64,000 nucleotides of DNA from Candidatus Hydrogenedentota bacterium (GTDB taxonomy: Bacteria > Hydrogenedentota > Hydrogenedentia > Hydrogenedentales > SLHB01), in assembly GCA_963668025.2 (NCBI GenBank), contig CAXXTH010000017.1:256001-320000 (forward strand). Reading direction: 5' to 3'. Below, piece by piece: positions 29,754 through 39,727 of this stretch (positions are counted from its first letter, which is position 1; each line of letters starts with the position of its first letter). The notes beneath the pieces are model-generated. The model was not told the DNA's origin. It did not search any database and worked only from the letters and a program-made list of their open reading frames with translations. The translations under genes and the position numbers were made by a program.

Positions 29754-29864
29754 GGGTTTGGGATCTAGGGTCTAGGGTATAGGGTCTAAGATTCCGAATG
29801 CCGAATCTCAGACCCAGACCCCAGACCCCAAACCCCAGACCCTAAACCCTAGACCCCAAACCCT
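29754..29864. repeat. Inverted pair of 7-bp tandem arrays (GGGTCTA)n / (AGACCCC)n
   Basis: gggtttg ggatcta gggtcta gggtata gggtcta ... agacccc agacccc aaacccc agaccct aaaccct agacccc aaaccct. Confidence 0.85.
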
Positions 29865-31330
29865 CAGAATCCCGCCACGAGCGGCGGCAGCGGCGCGGGG
29901 CCGCCGGCGTAGCGCGTCGTGTCGAGATAATGGCCCAGCAGGGCGCAGCGGTCGGCGTCGATGATGTGGTCGTTTCCCTTTTCGTAAATGATTTGCCCCG
30001 ATATGCCCACGGAATAGGTGTGCGAGGCGTATTGCGATTCCCGGGCAGGCAGGGGCGGAAACACGAGGGTGTGTTCGGCCAGGCGGCGCTCGATGAGGCC
30101 CGTCATGAATTGCTTCACGGGACGCCGGTCCGGGCTGCCATCGGGCAAGGGTTCGAGGTCGATGCTGCTTCCGAATTCGACAGAGACGATCTTCGCGCAC
30201 CATTCCTCGCCCTGCGCCATGAGGCCGTGGGCGATGGCGCGGCCGTTGTTGCCCGCGTCGATGGCGATGGCGCGGAAGGCGTACACGGCGTCGAGGCACG
30301 TGATCACCTCCTGCTGCCGGGCGTAGTTGACGCCGTGAAGATGCGCCCGCAACACGTTCACCAGATGCGGCCCTTCGGCGCGGTAGACCACCAACTCCGA
30401 CGGATCCCGCGCGTAGCCTAAGTCACACCCCATATAGTACGCGCCCGGCGCAACGCCCGAGGGCGCGTCGAACGGCTCCTGCTCGCCCAATTCGATGTTC
30501 TGGAAGTCCAGCCCTCCCTGCACGCACGCCAGGTAGTCATCGAGTTTGAAGACCGCGAAGGCGGGCGAACCGTGGCGGCCCAGGACGCGGTGAATATAGC
30601 CCGGCGAATCCTTGCCGCCGTAGAGGTTCGCCAGTTCGGCGTCCTTCTCGGGCGTGAACTCCGGATTCAACGAGGAGGGCCAGTTGTATTGCTCGATGTC
30701 GCGCATGCGTGTCATGCGATGGAACGTGTTGCGCAAGCCGTTGGGCACGCCATAGACCCAGCGCCAGCCGCCGCCGTTCAGGGCTTGATAGAGTTCGCCC
30801 CACGCAGTCTCGGTCATTTCCTGGGCCTCGTCCACGACCTGCCAGTCCACGTGCATGCCCTGGAAATTCACGCCGCCCGGCCCCGCGATACGCCCCCACA
30901 GCACAAAACCGTTCGTGAAGCGCAGATGCCACGAGGGCGTGCGCTTCACTTCGGCGAGGCAGGCCGCAAGTTCGGGCGTGGTTTGGAAACGGCGCACGAG
31001 GCGGTCCATAAGCGGATAGAGATGGTTTTCGCAGGGTGTGGCGATGAGCATCTCGGCGTCGGGCCGCGCCACGGAGGCCCATGCGGCGATAAGCTCGATC
31101 TCGGTCGTCTTGCCCACATCACGCCCGTCGCAATGCACCTTGCGCGGCGCGTAGGACTCGAGCGAATCCATTTGGTAGCCACGCGCCGCCCATGGCTGTC
31201 CTTCCCGGTCTTTCAGATAGGCGGCGGCGAACCGGGTCCGGCGATGCACGAGGAGCCACGCCCGAATCTCCGCTTCACCGAGGCCCCGCTTCTTGAGTTG
31301 GTTGCGCGCGCGGCGCTCGTTAAACGTCAT
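29864..31330 (-). CDS. Phage terminase large subunit-like protein (ATPase plus RNase H-like nuclease)
   Basis: Q-motif RGYQ, Walker A GRDVGKTT, Walker B QVVDEAQ, GVPNG at the coupling-motif position, nuclease acidic motifs GCDLG..D, AIDAGNNG, NDHIIDA; RBS CAGGAG. Confidence 0.8.
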   Translation of the reverse strand: MTFNERRARNQLKKRGLGEAEIRAWLLVHRRTRFAAAYLKDREGQPWAARGYQMDSLESYAPRKVHCDGRDVGKTTEIELIAAWASVARPDAEMLIATPCENHLYPLMDRLVRRFQTTPELAACLAEVKRTPSWHLRFTNGFVLWGRIAGPGGVNFQGMHVDWQVVDEAQEMTETAWGELYQALNGGGWRWVYGVPNGLRNTFHRMTRMRDIEQYNWPSSLNPEFTPEKDAELANLYGGKDSPGYIHRVLGRHGSPAFAVFKLDDYLACVQGGLDFQNIELGEQEPFDAPSGVAPGAYYMGCDLGYARDPSELVVYRAEGPHLVNVLRAHLHGVNYARQQEVITCLDAVYAFRAIAIDAGNNGRAIAHGLMAQGEEWCAKIVSVEFGSSIDLEPLPDGSPDRRPVKQFMTGLIERRLAEHTLVFPPLPARESQYASHTYSVGISGQIIYEKGNDHIIDADRCALLGHYLDTTRYAGGPAPLPPLVAGF

Positions 31331-31351
31331 AACAACTCCTGCCCGATTAAT

Positions 31352-31408
31352 CGCCACAAAAAGCACAAGAGACACAGAGATTTTGCACCTTTTGTGCTTC
31401 TTGTGGCC
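31352..31408. repeat. Intergenic palindrome between the small gene and the terminase gene
   Basis: gccacaaaaagcacaagag...cttttgtgcttcttgtggc; related elements near 45959-46023 and 49638-49699. Confidence 0.7.
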
Positions 31409-31411
31409 AAA

Positions 31412-31870
31412 TCATTCATCCTTCTTCTGTTCCTTCGCGGAACTGGCCGTGCGCTTGGCTTCATACGCCAGGGCGTCTTCGAGCACGCCTTCCGACGCCT
31501 TGAGTATGGGCTTCATAGCGTCAGCCAACCCTTTGCCGATAGGCGACCCTAGCCGTTCACAGGATTCTTCGAGTTCCTTCATCGCTTTGCGCAGCCTTTC
31601 CCTTGCCTTGGCCGCCGACTCGACGGCGGCGGTTTTGGGTTCGTCCGTGGCGGCCAGCGTTTCCTCCGCGCCGAGCACATCCAGAAACGACGCCAGCACA
31701 TCATGGACCCGCAACACCACGAGCGGCGTCTGGCGGACGCCATGGCTTTTCAGAAACGCCGCCATGTCCTCCACTAGGCATGCGGCAAGCGCCCGGTGCG
31801 TATCCCTGCACGCATATTCGCTCAAGCGCTCGATGAGCAGCAGCCGCCACAAATCTTGCTCCACGGGCAT
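31412..31870 (-). CDS. Helical hypothetical protein, candidate terminase small subunit
   Basis: 152 aa, RBS GGGAGG, coiled-coil-like KARERLRKAMKELEE; immediately upstream of and co-oriented with the terL-like gene. Confidence 0.55.
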   Translation of the reverse strand: MPVEQDLWRLLLIERLSEYACRDTHRALAACLVEDMAAFLKSHGVRQTPLVVLRVHDVLASFLDVLGAEETLAATDEPKTAAVESAAKARERLRKAMKELEESCERLGSPIGKGLADAMKPILKASEGVLEDALAYEAKRTASSAKEQKKDE

Positions 31871-31960
31871 TGATGGCCTCCCTCTTCACGCCACTCCCCT
31901 ATCTCTCGGGCGTTTTTGTTGCACTTGGAAAGACCATGATTGCTGCGGTATAGTTTTTTC

Positions 31961-33163
31961 ATGGAAATTCCTCTGTATAACAAAGACATGCAAGTGCGCC
32001 TCGCGGAGCAGGGTGAGCTTGAAACCGCGTGCCGCGTGGGCACGCGCGCGTTCAATCAGAACGGCCTCGAGTGGTATCCCCCGGGCCAGACGCTGGTGGG
32101 TATAGCGCCGGACGGCGAACTAGCGGCGGCGCTGTTATTCCGCACGGAGCCATTGTGGTGGGGAACCGCTCAAGTGCCTGCCGCGGCGGTTTCATGTGTT
32201 GCGGCGGATCCGGCGCAACAGCGTAAAGGCTACGCTGGCGCGTTGATGGTGGGTGCGATTCACTATTTCCGGGAACTGGGCTGCGCCGTGTCGCCGTTGT
32301 GGCCGTTCTCGATCGCGTATTACCAAAAGTTTGGGTGGGAATTGCCCGCATGCGACACGGGCCTCTTGGTGTGGCCGGACATGCTGCGCCGGATGGCGAA
32401 TCCCGCGCCCCATACCCCGGCAGGCTCGATACGCCCCGCCAGGCGGGAAGACTTGCCCGCCATCGAATCGGTGTATGAGAAAGCCGCTATACGAACCAAT
32501 ACCCAAACCGTACGCCCGAACACCTGGTGGAGCGAGCGCAAAAAAGATTGGGCCGAGACCACCCTGGCGCATCTCGACGCCAGGGGAACAATCACCGGAT
32601 ACCTCATCTATCGCGTGTTCCCCCGTTCCCGGGCGCAGGGAGTGCGGATTGACATCGCGGAATTGCACGGCCTTGATTTAGCGGCCGAGGCGGCATTGTT
32701 GCGCGCCACGGCGGATTTGCCGGACGCTGTTGAGATTCACGCCACGTTGCCGAATGACACGCTATTGCCGGATCTCTTTCCCGATTACATCACCCTCGAA
32801 CGCCTCCAGCGGCTCATGCTGCGGGTGCTGGATCCATGCCGCGCCCTCGAGGCGCTTCACGCGCCGAAGGAACTCAAAGGCAAACTGGGATTTGAGATTT
32901 ATGATCCCATTGTCCACCGCGATGAACCGGTTTATCTCACGGCGGATATCTCCGAGGGGCGGGTGTGTGCAAAGCCCGCGCGGCAACCCGATGCCATTTG
33001 CTGCGATATCCGGGCCTTCTCGCGCCTATTCTCCGGCGGATTGCGGGCCGCGCAAGGACGCGCGTTGGGGCTCATTACAGGGGGATGCGCTCCCGTGGAC
33101 GCCTTGTGTGACGCCCTGCTGCATGGCCGGACTCCTTACCGGTCCGGTATGGAGCCGGGCTAA
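31961..33163 (+). CDS. Eis-like GNAT acetyltransferase with C-terminal SCP2-like domain
   Basis: VAADPAQQRKGYAG acetyl-CoA motif, LWPFSIAYYQKFGW, two GNAT folds, FSRLFSG; start codon uncertain. Confidence 0.85.
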   Translation: MEIPLYNKDMQVRLAEQGELETACRVGTRAFNQNGLEWYPPGQTLVGIAPDGELAAALLFRTEPLWWGTAQVPAAAVSCVAADPAQQRKGYAGALMVGAIHYFRELGCAVSPLWPFSIAYYQKFGWELPACDTGLLVWPDMLRRMANPAPHTPAGSIRPARREDLPAIESVYEKAAIRTNTQTVRPNTWWSERKKDWAETTLAHLDARGTITGYLIYRVFPRSRAQGVRIDIAELHGLDLAAEAALLRATADLPDAVEIHATLPNDTLLPDLFPDYITLERLQRLMLRVLDPCRALEALHAPKELKGKLGFEIYDPIVHRDEPVYLTADISEGRVCAKPARQPDAICCDIRAFSRLFSGGLRAAQGRALGLITGGCAPVDALCDALLHGRTPYRSGMEPG

Positions 33164-33646
33164 ATATATGGATTGACGTGGGCGTTGCCCACAACCTAAT
33201 GTAGCGACATAGCATTGATTATTCTCGTTTACCTTTGCGTTCTTGGCTGCTGTGCGTGCGTATCAATCGAGTGGGATCTTTGGTTGTAGTACAACGCGCT
33301 AGTTTTATTCATCTATTTCGCGCAAAGCCGCAAAGAATGCAACCATTAAAAGCACGACATAGCTGTAATAATAGAGCTTAGTAACGCTTTAGCCATCTGG
33401 CGCAAAAACATTGGGGTGATTTTTTTAGACGCGAATAGATGTGAATAAATGCGAATTCATGACAAACCTCCGTTAAGAGGAGATTTTTGACAGGATTTAC
33501 AGGATGAACAAGATTTTTATGTAACACTTTAGCAACTGAAGCAGGTTTGGCCGTATAAAGAGTCGTTGCGCTCTTGTCCTATCTTGTTTTCTTATTGAAG
33601 CCGGAGCTTAAGGTGCTAGTTTACCCGCATATGGAGGTTTTGACAG

Positions 33647-34437
33647 ATGCAAGTAAAGGCATTGCCTGCTCAATACCGAAACAATACTTTACGGGTAGGC
33701 GTACTGTATAAGTTGATGCTCATGATTATTCTAAACCTCAGCCTACCAGACACCGTACTCGCTCAGTACACTTCCACCGAAGTTTATGAAAAAATGAAAG
33801 CGGCGGATTTATCGTTCACCACCAACATCACACTCAAAGGTAGGACGGTTCGGCTTCCAGATCGTTATACACCAGGGCTTGGTGCATATGGCATGCGTTT
33901 CGCATTTACGCAAAACACCGATCAAAGGGCGATTGCTTTTGTGGCGACAGATTTACCGGAAATCAAGACCATTCCAGGCCATATGGAACGATTTGCTCCT
34001 TTTCTAAAAACATGGGTTTACTGCGGTCCCAGCGCCGAAGGTCAATCGCATATATGTGGAAGCGATGATTCAAGCGATTCCGTGGAGAGCCTATTGAATA
34101 CAGCCGACCACATATCGGCACTCATCACGATCAGTTCGCCCACAGGGACATCCGGACTATATATGATCGAATTGCTAAGGGCTATGGGCCGCGGCTTCAC
34201 CACGGACGCCACTGCATGCACAAGCGCGAATGACAAGGGAGAAGGCGTTATCGCGGTCACATTAACAACGGAATATGGGGAGTGGTCCTTGTTGGTTGAG
34301 CCTGACAATGAATATGTAGCGCGAGAAGGAAATTTCACTATTAAAGGGGATACAGAGCCTTCAATCCACATGAAGAATTCGGGCTCCATCATTATGGGAG
34401 TTCCATCTTATGCCACCTATGAAGAGAAAAAAGGAAC
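33647..34437 (+). pseudogene. 5' part of an IS-interrupted exported, membrane-anchored hypothetical protein
   Basis: RBS GGAGG and hydrophobic signal; rejoins 35816-36233 in frame once the IS and one TSD are removed. Confidence 0.8.
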
Positions 34438-35807
34438 GGGTGTTCCCGCAGAATGCTAAAGAAATCCTCGTGTCGGGTCGATAAGTATGCCGGACCCTTA
34501 ACGGAGGAAGACCGATGGCAGCGATGGTGACAAGGCGCGACGGCGACACGTTCGAGGTGAGTTTCTCGCTGAGGCTGCGTGGTTCGATGCTCGATATGGA
34601 GGAGGCGGTCCAGGAGGCCCTGAACGGGGTGGGGCGCGCAGTCATGGCCGAGGCCCTGGCCCGTTTCGACACAGACGGCTCGCCCATCCGCGTCGGCGCC
34701 ACCACCTTCAAAACCAAGGGGCGCTTCGGCCAGACCTACGAGACGCCCCACGGCCCGGTCCGCGTCGAGCGGCACGTCTACCAGAACACCGCCACGGGCG
34801 GGCGCACCTTCTGCCCGCTGGAGCGGGACGCGCGAATGGTCATGAACGCCACGCCGCGCTACGCCCGGATCGTCAGCGGAAAATACTCCCGCATGGGCGC
34901 CGATGTCATGCGCCGCGACCTGCTCGAGTCGACAGGCCGCGCAATCTCGCGCGACTATGTGAAGAAGATCGGCGATTTTGTGGGCGCCCTGGCGCAGGCC
35001 AGGGAGGAGACGTGGGAGTACGAGCTGCCGGAATTGGACAGGCCGGTCGCGTCGGTGGCCGTGGGCCTGGACGGCACCTGCATGCTGCTCAGGGAGGACG
35101 GCTGGCGTCAGGCGATGTGCGGGTCCATCAGCCTGTACGACAAGGACGGGGAGCGGCTGCACACGATCTACGCGGGCGCATCGCCCGAGTACGGCAAGCA
35201 GACTTTCCTCGAGCGCTTCGGCCGCGAGGTGGAGCGCGTGAGGGCGAGGCACCCGGCGGCGCTGTATATCGGCCTGGCCGACGGCGCGCCGGACAACTGG
35301 AAGTTTTTGACGCCGCGCACGGACCGGCAGATGCTGGATTTCTATCACGCGCGGGAATACGTGGGGAAGGCGGCGGAGGCGATTCACGGTCATGGCGCGC
35401 GCCGCCGGGAGTGGGAGGCGGACTGGAGTCACCGGCTGAAGCACACGAGGGGCGCAGCCGGACGCTTGCTGGAGGAGATGAAGGCGAGCTTGCCAAGCGT
35501 GCGCGCCCAGGCTTGCCGCGAGGAACTCGGCAAGGCGATCACCTACTTCGGCAATCACCGCTCGAAGATGCAATACTGGCGGCACACGGCGGAGCGCCTT
35601 CCCATCGGCAGCGGAGTGACGGAGGCGGCGTGCAAGACGCTGATCAAGCAACGCCTGGCATGCTCCGGGATGCGGTGGAAGGAAGCGGGCGCGAGCGCGG
35701 TGATCGCGCTCAGGTCGCTGGAGATGACCGAGGGCCGTTGGGACCAGTTCTGGCAACACGTGGCCCGCCACGGGGTCAATTGAGGTTATCATATTGAGGA
35801 AGCACCC
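34438..35807 (+). mobile_element. Insertion sequence, ISKra4-like family, 1370 bp
   Basis: Ends GGGTGTTCCCGCA.. and ..TGAGGAAGCACCC (imperfect IR); 8-bp TSD AAAGGAAC at 34430-34437 and 35808-35815; abrupt GC rise. Confidence 0.92.
34515..35783 (+). CDS. ISKra4-family DDE transposase
   Basis: LDGT, LADGA..NW, LDFYHA, IGSGVTEAACKTLIKQRL..SGMRW. Confidence 0.9.
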   Translation: MAAMVTRRDGDTFEVSFSLRLRGSMLDMEEAVQEALNGVGRAVMAEALARFDTDGSPIRVGATTFKTKGRFGQTYETPHGPVRVERHVYQNTATGGRTFCPLERDARMVMNATPRYARIVSGKYSRMGADVMRRDLLESTGRAISRDYVKKIGDFVGALAQAREETWEYELPELDRPVASVAVGLDGTCMLLREDGWRQAMCGSISLYDKDGERLHTIYAGASPEYGKQTFLERFGREVERVRARHPAALYIGLADGAPDNWKFLTPRTDRQMLDFYHAREYVGKAAEAIHGHGARRREWEADWSHRLKHTRGAAGRLLEEMKASLPSVRAQACREELGKAITYFGNHRSKMQYWRHTAERLPIGSGVTEAACKTLIKQRLACSGMRWKEAGASAVIALRSLEMTEGRWDQFWQHVARHGVN

Positions 35808-35815
35808 AAAGGAAC

Positions 35816-36233
35816 ATTCATTGGAGCGCAGCCTTTATGGATTGAAGAAGCATCTCATTCGATAGATGCCAATCTTTTGAAGGAAGCGGAAGCATCTTTA
35901 TCGCCGGACTTTTTCCAAGGCATGTCAGTATTAGTAGATGATATACGCAAGCCCGGCGACACGCGCATTTGGTCGAAAGAACCGGGTGGCGAACTAAAAA
36001 GAATACCCTGTTCAGATGGGAGAATCTCGGTAGACGACATTGTGGATGTTCTCAGTGGCGTTTCCGATACTCGAGACTTACGGTTGGAGTGCGAAATAAT
36101 CATCCGAAATCTGAACAGAAAACTCTGGCCGCACGCACGAAAATACATAGGATTTTATTTGGGGGGATGTGTTATAGCCGTGGGCCTATTTGCCGTCATA
36201 TGGAGAGTTCGTCGGAGAAATAAAGGCTCATGA
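35816..36233 (+). pseudogene. 3' part of the IS-interrupted gene
   Basis: Open frame FIGAQPLWIEE...; ends in a TM helix plus basic tail (GCVIAVGLFAVIWRVRRRNKGS). Confidence 0.8.
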
Positions 36234-36321
36234 TAATAAATCGATATATTTGCATGACGCTCCATAGAATAAACAACGATTGGGCCATCTAGCGTAATAG
36301 TGTAACATTCTCAGGTCTACA

Positions 36322-37119
36322 TTAGAAAAAGAACAGGGCCGTAAAGACGAGGTCGACCACGATAATAAAGAATATGGCCGTCACCACGGACGAGGTGGTC
36401 ATGCGGCCGACGCCTTCCGCCCCTCCTTCGACATGAAAGCCTTTATACACGCCCACCCAGCAAATCACCACGGCGAAAAAAACGCTCTTGGTCATGCCCG
36501 TCGCGAAGTCTTTCATGGAAAGGGCAAGCAGCGTGTTTGTGATGTAGATATCTGAATCCACGCCTAAAACAAAAACGGAAAGGCAATATCCGCCCAGAAT
36601 CATAATGAATACCGCTTGAATGGTCAGGCAGGGCACGGCGAACAGCATACCCAGGAATTTCGGAACCACTAGGAATTTCGTGGGATTGACGCCCATGACT
36701 TGCAATGCGTCAATCTCTTCGGCCACTTTCATGGCCCCGATCTCCGCCGTAATGGCGGAACCGCTGCGCCCGGTGACCAGCACGGCGGTCATCAAGGGCG
36801 CTAACTCGCGCATGGCCGCCACGCCCACCAGCATGGCGATGTATGCCTTCGCGCCCCAGCGTTCGAGCTGGTAAGCGGATTGCATCGCCATGATGGCCCC
36901 GATAAGGAAACAAATAAGGGCTACGATGGGAAGGGAATGCACTCCGTATTCGACAAAGTGCTCGACGGCGCTCCGAAAACGCAATCCCCTGCCGCGCAGG
37001 GGCTGCACAACCACCCAATTACAGGTGTCTGCGATTAGGACGCACACATGCAGGATGCGATGAACGGCGCTGATGCTCGAGCGCCCCGCAAATCCGGCGA
37101 TGCGCGCGGCGGCGTTCAC
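36322..37119 (-). CDS. mlaE: MlaE-family ABC permease of an MCE system
   Basis: RELAPLMTAVLVTGRSGSAITAEIGAMKVAEEIDAL..G.NP; GGAEGVGR.TTSSVV; GTG start overlaps the STAS stop. Confidence 0.9.
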   Translation of the reverse strand: MNAAARIAGFAGRSSISAVHRILHVCVLIADTCNWVVVQPLRGRGLRFRSAVEHFVEYGVHSLPIVALICFLIGAIMAMQSAYQLERWGAKAYIAMLVGVAAMRELAPLMTAVLVTGRSGSAITAEIGAMKVAEEIDALQVMGVNPTKFLVVPKFLGMLFAVPCLTIQAVFIMILGGYCLSVFVLGVDSDIYITNTLLALSMKDFATGMTKSVFFAVVICWVGVYKGFHVEGGAEGVGRMTTSSVVTAIFFIIVVDLVFTALFFF

Positions 37120-37433
37120 AAGTTGTCCTGTATCTGGAATACCGAATCCAGCCGTGACAGCTTCAACACCTTCATGACGGGATTGGACGGCGATACTAAA
37201 ATAAACGTCATGTTCTTTTTAGCGCTGGCGCGCAGCCCCTCGACAAGCGTCGCCACGCCGGAGCTGTCCATGTAGGGCACGCCGCGCAGATCCACGGCGA
37301 GGGCGGACGCGGACGCGCCAGCCGCTTTGGTAATCGCCGCGCGCAATTCCGGTGAATTGTATAAATCCACTTCGCCGGCCACTTTGACGACGCAGGTTGT
37401 GTCTGTGTTGGAAACTTCGATATCGAGCGTCAT
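37116..37433 (-). CDS. STAS-domain anti-sigma-factor antagonist (RsbV/SpoIIAA- or MlaB-like)
   Basis: GEVDLYNSPELR, VDLRGVPYMDSSGVATL with the conserved phosphoacceptor Ser. Confidence 0.9.
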   Translation of the reverse strand: MTLDIEVSNTDTTCVVKVAGEVDLYNSPELRAAITKAAGASASALAVDLRGVPYMDSSGVATLVEGLRASAKKNMTFILVSPSNPVMKVLKLSRLDSVFQIQDNL

Positions 37434-37912
37434 TGGATCAGTCCTTTGCCTTCTTCACCGTGGATTTCCGGAGAGGCCGCTGGCCGCCGGAGCCGCATGA
37501 TAATATGATTGCCCCGCTCCGCACCTGAATCAAACCGCACCTCGTCAAATACGCGGCGCATTAATGAAATCCCTAATCCTCCCGGCTGCACGGTTGTTGC
37601 ATCCGGCGGAGGCGACTCTTTGCATTCCAGGCATTCTTTGGGTGCGGGAAAGCCTTCGTCTTTCAACTCAAACTCGATATATTCCGACGTACACCGCAAT
37701 GCCAATTCCAGCACGGCCCCGGGCTGGCCTGCATAGGCATGCCGTATCGAGTTGCTGCACGCTTCATCCACCGCAAGCACCACCTCATCGGCGCGCTCTT
37801 CCGGGAAACCGGCGTTTTCAGCAAACCCGCGCACCAGCCCGCGCACCGCAGCGAGCAGCCGGGGCTCCGCGTGCAGCCTGGCCACGATATCCCAGTTTTG
37901 TTCCGCTAGCAT
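37430..37912 (-). CDS. RsbW/SpoIIAB-like serine kinase (HATPase_c_2)
   Basis: LAVDEACSNSIRHAY (N box), LKDEG (G1), GGLGISLMRRVFDEV (G2). Confidence 0.9.
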   Translation of the reverse strand: MLAEQNWDIVARLHAEPRLLAAVRGLVRGFAENAGFPEERADEVVLAVDEACSNSIRHAYAGQPGAVLELALRCTSEYIEFELKDEGFPAPKECLECKESPPPDATTVQPGGLGISLMRRVFDEVRFDSGAERGNHIIMRLRRPAASPEIHGEEGKGLIQ

Positions 37913-37927
37913 TTAAATCCCAAGCGC

Positions 37928-39604
37928 TCAGAGTTCGTAGCTAATGGCTATCATGGTGCAATCGTCATGCGGCGCGGCAGGAGCCGTGTACTCTTGCACA
38001 CTGAGCATGACACCGTTGATCATTTCCTTGGGAGACTCCGACGAGAAGCCTTGCGCCACGCGGCATAAATTGCGCACGCCGAATTCGTCCGAGGTGCGCG
38101 CGGTGTCGCGGCGCGTATGCATGCCTCTCGCCTCGACAATGCCATCCGTGTACAGGAGCACCGTCTCGCCAGGTTCGAGCACCGTTTCGCAATCCGTCCA
38201 TGCCGCGTCCGGCGTGACGCCTATCGGCGGGCCCGATGCGGGGCCGAACTCTTGGATGTCAGTGTGGCTCACACGCACCGGCGGGTGATGCCCCGCATTG
38301 GCGCACCGAACCGTGCCGGTGTTTAGGTCCATAGTAAGGTAGCAAATCGTGCAAAACGTGCCGAAGGTGCTCCGGTTCACCATGGCCGCATTCAGCATGG
38401 CAAGCACCTTCGCAGGCGAGTCCGACTCGCGGACGCATAGGCGGAATTCGGCGAGGATTTGGGCCATGGTCAGCGCGGCGGGCACGCCTTTGCCGCTGAC
38501 ATCGCCTATCAGCACGCCCACGCGGTTGCGCTCGGGCCGGACAAAATCATAGAAATCGCCTCCGACGATCTTGGCGGGACGCGTCTCGCCATACACGCGG
38601 AATCGCGAATCGTCTTGGGGCCAATCGCGCACGAGGAAGCCTTCCTGAATGGTCCAGGCATGGCGGATCTCCTGATCGACACGCTCCTTCTCAATGATCT
38701 GCTGGCACATGCGGGCGTTCTCGAGGGCGAGGCCAGCGCTGTTGCCCACCGCCGTGGCCAGCAGCATGTCTTCACGTGAATACATCTGTCCCGGTTGATT
38801 CGTATCGAAGTACAGCAGGCCCGGGATCCCCTGCTTGCCCTTGAGCGGCACACACATAATGGACCGTAAATTGAGCGAAACGATGCTCTCCGCCGCGCTC
38901 ACATCATCGGAGGATTGCGCATCTTGCAACAGCACGCTTTCGCCACGGCTCAATACGCGATGGGCGACGGTATTGCTGATGCGCACGCCTTCCCGGTTCA
39001 CATGGCGCAAGCGGCCATTCTCGACGACATGGAATTTCCCGCACACCGGGCAGGGCAGCAATTCCTCCCGGGCGGGCCCCGCGAACAAAATAGCCCCGCG
39101 CTGTGCGCCGATGGCTTTCATGCTGGTATCAAGGATCTGGTCCACCAGGCTGCACGGTTCATAATTTGAAGCGATCTGGTTCATGACCGTGTAGACCGCC
39201 CGGAGCATTTCTTCGGCTTTAGATTCCTCCGGCGATGCTTCAAGGGCTTCACCATCCGCATCAATCAAGGTTTTAAACAATGTCGATTCATCTGTCTCGC
39301 CCGCTTCCGCGACCACTTCGACCTCGAACCGGAGCACGGTTTCGCCGATTTGGATGCGGTCGCCATGGTCGAGCACGCCCTCGAGCATGGGAGAGCCATT
39401 CACCAAGGTGCCATTCGTGCTACCCAGGTCTTTCCAGAAGAACCCCATTCCCGCGCGGCGCACCTCGACATGATGGCGGGAAGCCGCCACATCATCAATC
39501 GTGATGTCGCAGTCCGTGGACCGCCCAATGATGATCGAGGCCAGGACCGGCGTGCGGCGCTTGCCTCGATGACTGTCTTCCGTTACCAAAAAACCCCGCT
39601 TCAC
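37928..39604 (-). CDS. FHA-GAF-PP2C (SpoIIE/RsbU-like) serine phosphatase
   Basis: FHA IGR..SRHH..DLGSTNGT; GAF with SIMCVPL; PP2C VGGDFYD, GDVSGKG, ANAGH, LLYTDG, HDDCT. Confidence 0.9.
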   Translation of the reverse strand: MKRGFLVTEDSHRGKRRTPVLASIIIGRSTDCDITIDDVAASRHHVEVRRAGMGFFWKDLGSTNGTLVNGSPMLEGVLDHGDRIQIGETVLRFEVEVVAEAGETDESTLFKTLIDADGEALEASPEESKAEEMLRAVYTVMNQIASNYEPCSLVDQILDTSMKAIGAQRGAILFAGPAREELLPCPVCGKFHVVENGRLRHVNREGVRISNTVAHRVLSRGESVLLQDAQSSDDVSAAESIVSLNLRSIMCVPLKGKQGIPGLLYFDTNQPGQMYSREDMLLATAVGNSAGLALENARMCQQIIEKERVDQEIRHAWTIQEGFLVRDWPQDDSRFRVYGETRPAKIVGGDFYDFVRPERNRVGVLIGDVSGKGVPAALTMAQILAEFRLCVRESDSPAKVLAMLNAAMVNRSTFGTFCTICYLTMDLNTGTVRCANAGHHPPVRVSHTDIQEFGPASGPPIGVTPDAAWTDCETVLEPGETVLLYTDGIVEARGMHTRRDTARTSDEFGVRNLCRVAQGFSSESPKEMINGVMLSVQEYTAPAAPHDDCTMIAISYEL

Positions 39605-39727
39605 AAATTCCACCCTCCACGGAGATATTTGCCCAATACATGACAAACTCATTCTAAACACTGGCCGCCTGCAACGCAAATGCCTAAAAATGCCATTTCT
39701 ATTTACAACAATGGTTTTTCTTTGTTT

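Noticed and set aside
29754-29864. Possible CRISPR array
   Set aside because: Units are 7-bp tandem repeats without unique spacers, and there are no cas genes in the window
29864-33163. Prophage
   Set aside because: Only a terminase-like pair; no portal, capsid, tail, integrase or att sites, and the flanks are non-phage genes
34392-35792. 466-aa antisense ORF over the transposase
   Set aside because: Shadow ORF from high GC; no recognisable motifs
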